A stretch of 64,000 nucleotides of DNA from IMG/VR virus record IMGVR_UViG_3300025000_000057. One strand, given 5' to 3'. The translations under genes and the position numbers were made by a program. How positions within the stretch are numbered: the first letter of the stretch is position 1; each line of letters begins with the position of its first letter. This document shows, one piece after another, positions 1-6,777 of the stretch. The notes under the pieces are model-generated. The model had not been told where the DNA came from, did not search any database, and worked only from the letters and a program-made list of their open reading frames with translations. This DNA is from a virus. Lineage: Duplodnaviria > Caudoviricetes.

Positions 1-2507
1 TTAACACGATGCATTGCTTGCCGTATAGTCAGGAGATTTGGATATACGATACTGTCGAAGAAGAACTCTTACAGATAGCTATTGGCAAATTGGCTGAAAT
101 CTTTGAACCCAATCGGTATCAAACTATCAGTCTTAACCATGTGACTGGTAAGGCAGAGATGAAGTATATTACAAGTGTCAGTAAGAAAGATAATAACCGT
201 AGACTTATTACTCTTATTGACAATGAAGGTAGGAAAAATACTACTACCGATAATCATGTTACTATGTGTATGGATGACTACGGTAATGTAACTGGCAGGT
301 TCCCAGAAACATTGAATCATGTTTTATCTCCAAGAGGTATCGATCTCCCACCGGTTAGAGGCGATATCGGTTTAGATCATTATCATTCACGAAAAGTTCA
401 AAACTACTTAGATGATCATATTGTAGTAACTATGGAGTTTGCCAAGATAGCTGGTTATTATGTGGCTGAAGGTAGTGTAGTAGGAGGATCTCAACTCTGC
501 TTTACAGTATGTTCTACTAATAAAGAAGATGAGTTAATCTCTCTTATGCAGCAATGTTATGGAGAGAATATTACTTATAATCGTTATCCTACACCTATCG
601 GTAAACCGAAGGATATACGGTTTAATGTAGGTAAGGTATGGGCCGATATGTTTAAAGACAAGTTCGGCTATGACGCTTATACTAAACATATTCCTGTAGA
701 GATCTTGTTTGCAGAAGATGAAGTACTTATATCATTCCTTAATGGGTACTTCAAATGTGACGGTAGTATTAAAGAGAACTATATTATAGCTACCACTGTA
801 AGTAAGAGATTACGCAATGAGTTAAATCTCATGCTTTTAAGGTTGCGTGAGCTTCCTCATATAGCCGAGAGAACTACCAGTTCGAATTACGGTACATCAC
901 TCAATTATGAGATATCTATTAGTGGAATTGCGGAGAATAGATTAGGATTAGAGTTTGGTTGTAAGGTTATGTATGAACAAAAGCATTACGACTACGAATT
1001 TCTGAAATCTCTAATCAAAGAAAACAATAAGCTAATCCAGTATAAGAAGATTAAGCCCCATGAAATAGATATATATGCTATGACAGACAAACGACTCGGG
1101 GCCGCTACTAACGTATTCCCCGTTTCTATTAATCAATGTCTTGAGTCTAACAGTGGTGATGAATACGTCTACGATTTATCTGTAGAAGATAATGAAACAT
1201 TCTTGACAGCCGAGTGTATCTTCGTTCATAACAGCAGGGGAGGGGGGCAGATCCCTTTCTCTTCTATCAACATAGGTAATGTGCAAAGTCCCGATGCTGC
1301 TAAGATCTGTGAATGGTTCTTAAGAGCTTTTAAAGCCGGTTTAGGGAATGGCGAGCAACCGATATTTCCTAACGTTTGCTTTAAGATTAAGAGCGGCGTT
1401 AATATGCATAAGTCGGATCCGTACTATCACCTATTTCGTTTGGCACAGGAAGTTTCAGCTAAACGGCTCAATCCTAGTTGGGTATTCTGCGACAGTAGTT
1501 TTAATAAAGACGGAGATATCTCTTATATGGGTTGTCGTACCCGTGTAGTAGCCGACCGTCATGGAGAATCTACTACAATTGAGAGAGGAAACGTAGGGTT
1601 TACCACAGAGAATTTACCCAGACTAGCTATAAAGGCTATGTTAAAGCATCCTGATGATACAGATGCCAGGTTAAGTTACTTCTTTGAATTGCATAATGAA
1701 GTATTAAACCTTATAGTACGGCAGCTCATGCATCGTTTTGAATATATATGTACATTAAAGGCTAAAGACTTTCCTTTCCTAATTGGTCAAGACTTATACA
1801 GGGATGCTGACAAATTAAATCCAGAAGATAGTATCTATCTAGCTGCTAGGCATGGTACACTTACACTAGGCTTTATTGGTTTAGCTGAATGTTTGAAAGT
1901 ACTTGTAGGTAAGTATCATGCTGAAAGTACAAATGCACTGGCCCTGGGTCATAAAATTATATCTTATATTCGCAAGATAGCCGATGAAGCATGCGAGAAA
2001 TACGACCTTAACTTCTCTGTTATTGCTACTCCGGCAGAAGGTTTATCGGGTAGGTTTACCAAACTTGACCGTGAAGAGTTTGGGACAATTCCCGGAGCGA
2101 CTGATAAGAAATACTATACAAACAGTTATCATGTACCGGTTGATTATCCTATTAGCTATTATGATAAAATAGCAATAGAGGGGCCATTCCATAAATATTG
2201 CAATGGTGGCCACATGAGTTACATTGAATTCGAAAGTATGCCGCAACACAATATCGATGCTATTGAGAATATAGTATTACACATGGCCGCTTGCGATATG
2301 GGTTACGCTGCTGTTAATTATCCAGTAGATTTGTGCAAGTCCTGTGGTACTCATAATAATATAATACCACATGGAGAACCCTGTCCTGTATGTGGAGAAA
2401 GAGATAAGATAGATAGGATTCGCAGAATAACAGGGTACATTTCAACACTTGAGCGCTTCAATGACGCAAAAGTAGCGGAAGAGACAGATCGCATACCTCA
2501 TGTGTGA
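1..2507 (+). CDS. nrdD: Class III anaerobic ribonucleoside-triphosphate reductase, intein-containing; 5' end lies outside the window
   Basis: Frame is open from the window edge (N-T-M-H at 3-14). Spliced junction reads NTMH/SRGGGQIPFSSINIG as in NrdD. YMGCR active-site motif, CKSC..CPVC zinc site and C-terminal RRITGY glycyl-radical motif are present. Confidence 0.96.
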   Translation, partial: NTMHCLPYSQEIWIYDTVEEELLQIAIGKLAEIFEPNRYQTISLNHVTGKAEMKYITSVSKKDNNRRLITLIDNEGRKNTTTDNHVTMCMDDYGNVTGRFPETLNHVLSPRGIDLPPVRGDIGLDHYHSRKVQNYLDDHIVVTMEFAKIAGYYVAEGSVVGGSQLCFTVCSTNKEDELISLMQQCYGENITYNRYPTPIGKPKDIRFNVGKVWADMFKDKFGYDAYTKHIPVEILFAEDEVLISFLNGYFKCDGSIKENYIIATTVSKRLRNELNLMLLRLRELPHIAERTTSSNYGTSLNYEISISGIAENRLGLEFGCKVMYEQKHYDYEFLKSLIKENNKLIQYKKIKPHEIDIYAMTDKRLGAATNVFPVSINQCLESNSGDEYVYDLSVEDNETFLTAECIFVHNSRGGGQIPFSSINIGNVQSPDAAKICEWFLRAFKAGLGNGEQPIFPNVCFKIKSGVNMHKSDPYYHLFRLAQEVSAKRLNPSWVFCDSSFNKDGDISYMGCRTRVVADRHGESTTIERGNVGFTTENLPRLAIKAMLKHPDDTDARLSYFFELHNEVLNLIVRQLMHRFEYICTLKAKDFPFLIGQDLYRDADKLNPEDSIYLAARHGTLTLGFIGLAECLKVLVGKYHAESTNALALGHKIISYIRKIADEACEKYDLNFSVIATPAEGLSGRFTKLDREEFGTIPGATDKKYYTNSYHVPVDYPISYYDKIAIEGPFHKYCNGGHMSYIEFESMPQHNIDAIENIVLHMAACDMGYAAVNYPVDLCKSCGTHNNIIPHGEPCPVCGERDKIDRIRRITGYISTLERFNDAKVAEETDRIPHV
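15..1232 (+). mobile_element. Intein (406 aa) with LAGLIDADG homing endonuclease domain, in nrdD
   Basis: Starts with Cys (CLPYSQEIW), block B TTTDNH, LAGLIDADG-like IAGYYVAEGS and FLNGYFKCDGS, block F VYDLSVEDNETF, ends VHN followed by +1 Ser. Confidence 0.95.
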
Positions 2508-2757
2508 AAATAATACATGCTCTAATCAGGACACCGTGCTAGACTCGAACGAGTATGAAGTACGTGTAATGGGTTTGGATAGGTGTTGTAAGAGTTGGAA
2601 GTTAAATCCCAAGAAGATATTAAAAGATAGTAAAGGTAGAATAGTACCTCAATATACTAATGCTATAATAGCAAATTGCGGTACTTGTCTTTATTACCCT
2701 ATCCTTACTACCGTGATGAACTTGAAGTATATAAGTGAAATGGGTATTGACATGTAG
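2500..2757 (+). CDS. Hypothetical protein (85 aa, Cys-containing)
   Basis: ORF overlapping the nrdD stop; no family recognised. Confidence 0.6.
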   Translation: MCENNTCSNQDTVLDSNEYEVRVMGLDRCCKSWKLNPKKILKDSKGRIVPQYTNAIIANCGTCLYYPILTTVMNLKYISEMGIDM

Positions 2758-2775
2758 CATGTAACATGGTATCAT
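2747..2775 (+). promoter_or_regulatory. Sigma-A-type promoter with extended -10
   Basis: TTGACA (2747-2752), 17-bp spacer ending TGG, TATCAT (2770-2775), upstream of GAGGTG SD and the 2795 ORF. Confidence 0.75.
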
Positions 2776-2794
2776 CTCTTCATGAGGTGGTACC

Positions 2795-3136
2795 ATGAAA
2801 GCTATGACACGTCATAATCGTACAGACATGATGGTTGAGATTGAAATTCTCAAGTTCGGAATGTACGAATCGTTAGTAAAGTATCCCGGAATGTTAGACC
2901 CTGAAGGTAGGGGTTATCGAGAGATTAATACATTCCACATATATGTACTTGATCATCAAGCAATGTTATTACACAATAAAGCATTAAAGAAACTTCAGGC
3001 TGCTGGCGAGGAACTAAGAACTGTTAGTAAGGGACTCAAAGGTATATACTCTCACCTATTGGAAGAATGTCGTGACTTACCTCAACCGATAGAGTCAGAC
3101 CTTGAACCTCCAGAAGATCCTCCGCCGCCAGAGTAA
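2795..3136 (+). CDS. Hypothetical protein (113 aa)
   Basis: ATG preceded by GAGGTG SD. Confidence 0.8.
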   Translation: MKAMTRHNRTDMMVEIEILKFGMYESLVKYPGMLDPEGRGYREINTFHIYVLDHQAMLLHNKALKKLQAAGEELRTVSKGLKGIYSHLLEECRDLPQPIESDLEPPEDPPPPE

Positions 3137-3149
3137 AGTTGGTGATACG

Positions 3150-3455
3150 ATGAGTTTTGCCAATCTTCTTAAAGAAGATATAATCGAATTTAAGACCCGA
3201 GTAAGGAATTCTTTTAGCAATAACCAATGCTCAGGTTATAGCGGGTTGTGCATAGTAGATGAAAACGGTAAAGAGCTTAAAAATAGCGTAGATTACATTA
3301 TAGATGGCGGTATTTTAACAGTAAAAGAGCATATCAATCCTATCGGTCTTATGATGCATGCTAGACTCGCACCTATGCCTCTTGAGAAACCTAGCTATGA
3401 AAAGTTTACATCTAACAATCCTGTAAAATGGTATAATAAACGACGCAGGAAGTGA
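3150..3455 (+). CDS. Hypothetical protein (101 aa)
   Basis: Start moved to the ATG at 3150 behind a GGTGA SD; the track start at 3102 overlaps the previous gene. Confidence 0.75.
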   Translation: MSFANLLKEDIIEFKTRVRNSFSNNQCSGYSGLCIVDENGKELKNSVDYIIDGGILTVKEHINPIGLMMHARLAPMPLEKPSYEKFTSNNPVKWYNKRRRK

Positions 3456-3460
3456 TTAGT

Positions 3461-3706
3461 ATGAATGATACAAATAAAGTTCAGGACTTAAAGAGCATCC
3501 CTGACGTTGAAATCGAGAAAAGATTTAGCTATCATCCTCCTACGGAAGAGCAGCCTCAGAAGTATGAGGAGATTCGCGGTATGGGTAAGGCTTTCGCAGA
3601 ACTTATCAATGAATTATGTCCTGACAGCATGGATAAACGCGAAGCTATAAAGAAGATTGAAGAGGCTGTATTCTGGGCCAATGCTTCAATAGCTCGTTAT
3701 AGTTAA
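3461..3706 (+). CDS. Acb2/Tad1-hairpin-like small protein, putative anti-defence nucleotide sponge
   Basis: RFSYHPP..Q..KYEEIR..GKAFAELINELCPDS.DKREAIKKIEEAVFWANASIAR resembles, from recall, small phage proteins annotated as Acb2/Tad1 domain. ATG at 3461 after AGGAAGTGA. Confidence 0.55.
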   Translation: MNDTNKVQDLKSIPDVEIEKRFSYHPPTEEQPQKYEEIRGMGKAFAELINELCPDSMDKREAIKKIEEAVFWANASIARYS

Positions 3707-3720
3707 GGAATGTCGAAGAT

Positions 3721-3886
3721 GTTAATAGGTAGTGGGCTATACCGAAGGCTAAGGTATACACTGGGATATATTATACATGGCGTATAAGGTGTGGTATATC
3801 TCAATTCCAGAAGTCAACACTGTGTAATTCTACTGCAGGGGATTACTAAATCATGAGAGACTGCAATCTCTCATCTACCTATTAGC
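3721..3886 (+). ncRNA. Candidate structured ncRNA, multibranch fold closed by a 12-bp helix; family unknown
   Basis: 3721-3732 pairs with 3875-3886; four internal hairpins; no ORF. Confidence 0.5.
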
Positions 3887-3895
3887 TTTTAATAA

Positions 3896-3977
3896 TGGAT
3901 GTTGGCAGATGTCCAGTGCTCACAAACAATGTCCAGTGTGCCGGAGGGTGCAATCCAAGACTGGCACACTGGATGAC
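3896..3977 (+). ncRNA. Duplicated two-hairpin RNA motif, copy 1
   Basis: 82 nt, homologous to 4678-4759 with compensatory stem changes; ends 2 nt before tRNA-Asn. Confidence 0.6.
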
Positions 3978-3979
3978 AC

Positions 3980-4054
3980 AGGGATATAGTTCAATGGTAG
4001 AACGGCGGACTGTTAATCCGTATGTTGCTGGTTCGAATCCAGCTTTCCCTGCCA
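3980..4054 (+). tRNA. trnN: tRNA-Asn (GUU)
   Basis: Cloverleaf, anticodon loop CTGTTAA, T-loop TTCGAAT, encoded CCA. Confidence 0.95.
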
Positions 4055-4056
4055 AT

Positions 4057-4170
4057 GTGGCAGCTGCAAGCGGCGCTGCTTCTTGTTCGGATAGATTCTC
4101 TAGTTTATTTATTAAAGTGGACTAGAGAATCTATCCTCAAGAAGTACACGTAGTCCACTAAATTGCAGCA
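4057..4170 (+). ncRNA. Duplicated pseudoknot RNA motif, copy 1
   Basis: Conserved 20-nt 5' block and 27-nt 3' block shared with 5696-5821, around a long variable hairpin. Confidence 0.7.
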
Positions 4171-4173
4171 CAT

Positions 4174-4251
4174 GTCGGTGTAGTCCAATTGGCAGAGACA
4201 TACGGTTTAAGCCCGTACCAGTGATGGGTTCAAGTCCCTCCACCGATACCA
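4174..4251 (+). tRNA. trnL: tRNA-Leu (UAA), short variable loop
   Basis: Cloverleaf, anticodon loop TTTAAGC, A73, CCA; no long variable arm; T-stem has a bulge or mismatch. Confidence 0.85.
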
Positions 4252-4272
4252 ATAATATAAGGTGATGATATA

Positions 4273-4425
4273 ATGTCTAAGAAATCATGTTCAACTTGTT
4301 TGTATGGAAATTGCGATATAGAATTTTATGAATTAATTCCATGCATAGAATGTAATGAATTATTATTTTGGGAATTTAAAGACTTAAGTTTCTTAGATAT
4401 TGTAATACACTTTATAAATATGTAG
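4273..4425 (+). CDS. Small Cys-rich hypothetical protein (50 aa)
   Basis: AAGGTGA SD and ATG; MSKKSCSTCLYGNC...CIEC; below the ORF-track cutoff. Confidence 0.5.
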   Translation: MSKKSCSTCLYGNCDIEFYELIPCIECNELLFWEFKDLSFLDIVIHFINM

Positions 4426-4501
4426 GGGTGTAGCTAAGTTGGTCTAAGGCATACGGTTTTGATCCGTACATTCGTAGGTTCGAATCCTACTTCCCCTTCC
4501 A
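4424..4501 (+). tRNA. trnQ: tRNA-Gln (UUG)
   Basis: Cloverleaf, anticodon loop TTTTGAT, T-loop TTCGAAT, CCA. Confidence 0.9.
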
Positions 4502-4504
4502 TAA

Positions 4505-4577
4505 CGACGCTGAGTAGAGGTAGCTTGTCAGGTTCATACCCTGAAGGTCGTGGGTTCGAATCCCTCCCCTGAAACCG
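4505..4577 (+). pseudogene. Degenerate initiator-like tRNA-Met (CAU)
   Basis: Anticodon arm TCAGG-TTCATAC-CCTGA and T-arm are intact, but the acceptor strands do not pair and the end is CCG, not CCA. Confidence 0.55.
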
Positions 4578-4584
4578 TTATCAT

Positions 4585-4670
4585 GGAAGAGTGCCCGAGT
4601 GGTTAATGGGAGCAGACTGTAAATCTGCCGTGTAACAACTTCGTAGGTTCAAATCCTACCTCTTCCACCA
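4585..4670 (+). tRNA. trnY: tRNA-Tyr (GUA)
   Basis: Cloverleaf with long variable region, loop CTGTAAA, CCA. Confidence 0.95.
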
Positions 4671-4677
4671 TAAGTAT

Positions 4678-4759
4678 TAGAGTTGGCATATCTCTAGAGC
4701 TCACATACAATATTCAGTGTGCCCAATGGAACCCACTTAAGACTGGCACACTGAATGAC
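4678..4759 (+). ncRNA. Duplicated two-hairpin RNA motif, copy 2
   Basis: 82 nt, homologous to 3896-3977; 12-bp stem 4712-4723/4745-4756; ends 1 nt before tRNA-Ser. Confidence 0.6.
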
Positions 4760-4760
4760 T

Positions 4761-4845
4761 GGAAGGTTGACAGAGCGGTAATGTGCTTGATTGCTAATCA
4801 AAGGCCAGGGTAACACCTGCATAGGTTCAAATCCTATACCTTCCG
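4761..4845 (+). tRNA. trnS: tRNA-Ser (GCU), CCA not encoded
   Basis: Acceptor GGAAGGT/ACCTTCC, G73, loop TTGCTAA, long variable arm. Confidence 0.9.
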
Positions 4846-5308
4846 CTCTAAACTAATTGGTGGTGATTATTATTTCTAATAAATATAAAAAGATTAGAAT
4901 AAACAAAAATACCACCAATAACGAACATAGATTAGTTATGGAAGCAAAACTTGGTAGAGAGTTACTTAGTTCTGAAATTGTTCATCACAAAGATGAATGT
5001 AAAGGAAATAATGAACCTAGTAATTTAGAATTGACCACAAGAAAAGAACATAGTAGATTACATATGCTTGGTAAGAAATTACCCGAATCAACTAGAGAAA
5101 AGATGAGAAATAGACCTAGTATAAAGGGTTCTAATCATGTTAATGCAAAACTTAATGAAAAACAGGTTGTATATATTAGATGTTTACTTAGTAATGGCTA
5201 TGGTATTAGAGAATTAGGAAGATTATTTGAAATACATCACAGTGTAATATCTGATATAAAGAATCGTTTAATATGGAAACATGTATTATAAGGGCCTATA
5301 CCTTCCGC
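4833..5308 (+). repeat. 14-bp direct repeat (CCTATACCTTCCGC) flanking the HNH gene
   Basis: Copies at 4833-4846 (3' end of tRNA-Ser) and 5295-5308, the second followed by CA to give CCA. Confidence 0.85.
4857..5291 (+). CDS. HNH homing endonuclease with C-terminal HTH-like region
   Basis: EHRLVMEAKLGREL...IVHHKD..K.NN...NLEL...EHSRLH HNH motif; start codon uncertain (TTG 4857 or ATT near 4872). Confidence 0.9.
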   Translation: MVVIIISNKYKKIRINKNTTNNEHRLVMEAKLGRELLSSEIVHHKDECKGNNEPSNLELTTRKEHSRLHMLGKKLPESTREKMRNRPSIKGSNHVNAKLNEKQVVYIRCLLSNGYGIRELGRLFEIHHSVISDIKNRLIWKHVL

Positions 5309-5450
5309 CATTTATGGAATCATGGAGAGTCGCAATTTATAAGTCGATTCTCCCTCTGTCTCCGCCAGTATTAAATTGTAGACGGTTGATATTTTAATGG
5401 CTTTAGCATACCGGAACAATTAACTAAGCGAATAAAAGCCATTGCATTAC

Positions 5451-5535
5451 GGAGGGTAGGCCAACGGTGGTAAGCTGTCTTGAAAACAGTCGAGGTGTAA
5501 AAGCCTAGCGGGTTCGACTCCTGTACCCTCCGCCA
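5451..5535 (+). tRNA. trnS: tRNA-Ser (UGA)
   Basis: Acceptor GGAGGGT/ACCCTCC, G73, loop CTTGAAA, long variable arm, CCA. Confidence 0.9.
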
Positions 5536-5599
5536 GGGATAACTGCTGATCCCAACCACTTTATCATGTGCTCAAGGAGTTGCGACCCTTGGGCCTCCT

Positions 5600-5676
5600 C
5601 GGGATGTAGCTTAGTTTGGTAAGGCGCCTACTTTAGGAGCAGGTAACTGGGAGTTCAAATCTCTCCACCCAGACCA
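5600..5676 (+). tRNA. tRNA with UAG (Leu) anticodon on a tRNA-Pro-like body
   Basis: Loop TTTAGGA; closely similar to tRNA-Pro at 6921; two acceptor-stem mismatches; CCA. Confidence 0.75.
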
Positions 5677-5695
5677 GAGGGCTTCACGCCCTGTA

Positions 5696-5821
5696 GTGGC
5701 AGCTGCAAACGGCGCGACTTTAACCAGTGATATAACTCCATAAGCTGATGTAATATATCTGCTAATATGGGTAAAGGATCTATCACGGATTAAGGTACAC
5801 GTAGTCCACTAAATTGCAGCA
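5696..5821 (+). ncRNA. Duplicated pseudoknot RNA motif, copy 2
   Basis: 19/20 and 27/27 identity to the end blocks of 4057-4170; different internal hairpin. Confidence 0.7.
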
Positions 5822-5825
5822 TTAT

Positions 5826-5901
5826 CGCAGGTTGGAGCAATTGGAAGCTCGTCAGTTTCATAAACTGGAGGTTGCCGGTTCGAGTCCGGCACTCGCAACC
5901 A
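5826..5901 (+). tRNA. trnfM: tRNA-Met (CAU), initiator-like
   Basis: C1:A72 mismatch, loop TTCATAA, CCA; lacks the three consecutive G-C anticodon-stem pairs. Confidence 0.8.
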
Positions 5902-5913
5902 AACATTAAAGGA

Positions 5914-6216
5914 GTGATATTTATAGATACAAATAAATTTATATTTCATGTATGTACGTTTCCAGATGAACCAGATTTAATTGTAGTTACGATCAATACT
6001 AAAGAATGTTGGAATAATTATCATTATCTTACTGATAGTTATACCAAAGAAGAGTGGGATATACTTAATCCCATATTAGATGAACTTTCTTTAGTAAGTT
6101 TAGCGGATTCTTCTTTTGAATCTATGATTGATAGAGACATACCCACTCTTGTAAAATTACTTATTTCTAAAGGTTTAGAGCAAGATTCTGAGTTTAGTAA
6201 CTGGATGGAGATCTAA
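5914..6216 (+). CDS. Hypothetical protein (about 97-100 aa)
   Basis: AAAGGAGTGA SD at about 5908-5917; likely start ATA 5923. The track start at 5872 lies inside a tRNA. Confidence 0.6.
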   Translation: MIFIDTNKFIFHVCTFPDEPDLIVVTINTKECWNNYHYLTDSYTKEEWDILNPILDELSLVSLADSSFESMIDRDIPTLVKLLISKGLEQDSEFSNWMEI

Positions 6217-6247
6217 AGATGAGTAATAGGTTGTAACCGATCATCTT

Positions 6248-6328
6248 CCGGGTGTAGCCCAATTGGTAGAGACATACGGTTTAAGCCCGTACCAGTGATT
6301 TAGGGTTCGAATCTCTCCATCCCGACCA
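6248..6328 (+). tRNA. trnL: Second tRNA-Leu (UAA), short variable loop, partly degenerate
   Basis: Anticodon arm identical to 4174 copy; weak T-stem; 3' acceptor strand CATCCCG-A-CCA identical to tRNA-Pro. Confidence 0.65.
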
Positions 6329-6702
6329 AAAATTAATTTAGGTGATGATTTAATGAACTTTAAGGAGTGAATAATATATTCGCAAAAAGTCATTATAATT
6401 GTTCTAATAATAGTAGTGAATTAGATGGTGTATATGTATTTGTTATGTCTGGCATTGAAAAAGATATGCTCGAAGAGGCTATAGGAAATGTAAATTTCGT
6501 TCCTAAAGATGTTTAGATAGGATTTGTAATTTAAAATCTATCGGTAAAGCATTTAGAAGAATCAATAACCCGATAGAATGTAATATTTCATATACGAAAG
6601 CACTTTTACAATTATTATTACAGTTGGAAGGAATTAAAGATGACAATTAAAAGAAAATTAGTATTTGTTATAACAATGGAATTTGATATGAAACTTATTT
6701 AA

Positions 6703-6777
6703 GGGCCTTTAGCTCAATGGTAGAGCATCCGGCTCATAACCGGTTGGTTGGGAGTTCGAATCTCTTAGGGCCCACCA
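6703..6777 (+). tRNA. tRNA-Ile2-like (CAU; lysidine type)
   Basis: Cloverleaf, loop CTCATAA, GGGCCTT acceptor resembling bacterial Ile2 tRNAs, CCA; elongator Met not excluded. Confidence 0.8.

Noticed and set aside
2500-2757. NrdG activase or glutaredoxin downstream of nrdD
   Set aside because: No CxxxCxxC radical-SAM motif or CxxC thioredoxin motif; far too short for NrdG.
3721-3886. tmRNA, tRNA-Sec, tRNA-Cys or SRP RNA
   Set aside because: No G3-U70 acceptor or CCA end, too short for tmRNA, the CTGCAA hairpin is not in a cloverleaf, and there is no SRP S-domain motif.
4057-4170. Assignment to twister, pistol, hammerhead, canonical HDV ribozyme or group I intron
   Set aside because: Only short partial matches (ACUAAAU, UAGUCC, UGCAGC); element order does not fit any of these. 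Left unassigned.
4847-5294. Group I intron in tRNA-Ser
   Set aside because: No room for an intron core around the HNH ORF, and the flanks are direct repeats rather than split exons.
3895-5559. Track ORFs 3895..4125 (+) and 5371..5559 (-)
   Set aside because: They overlap tRNA genes and structured RNA and lack SD sites.
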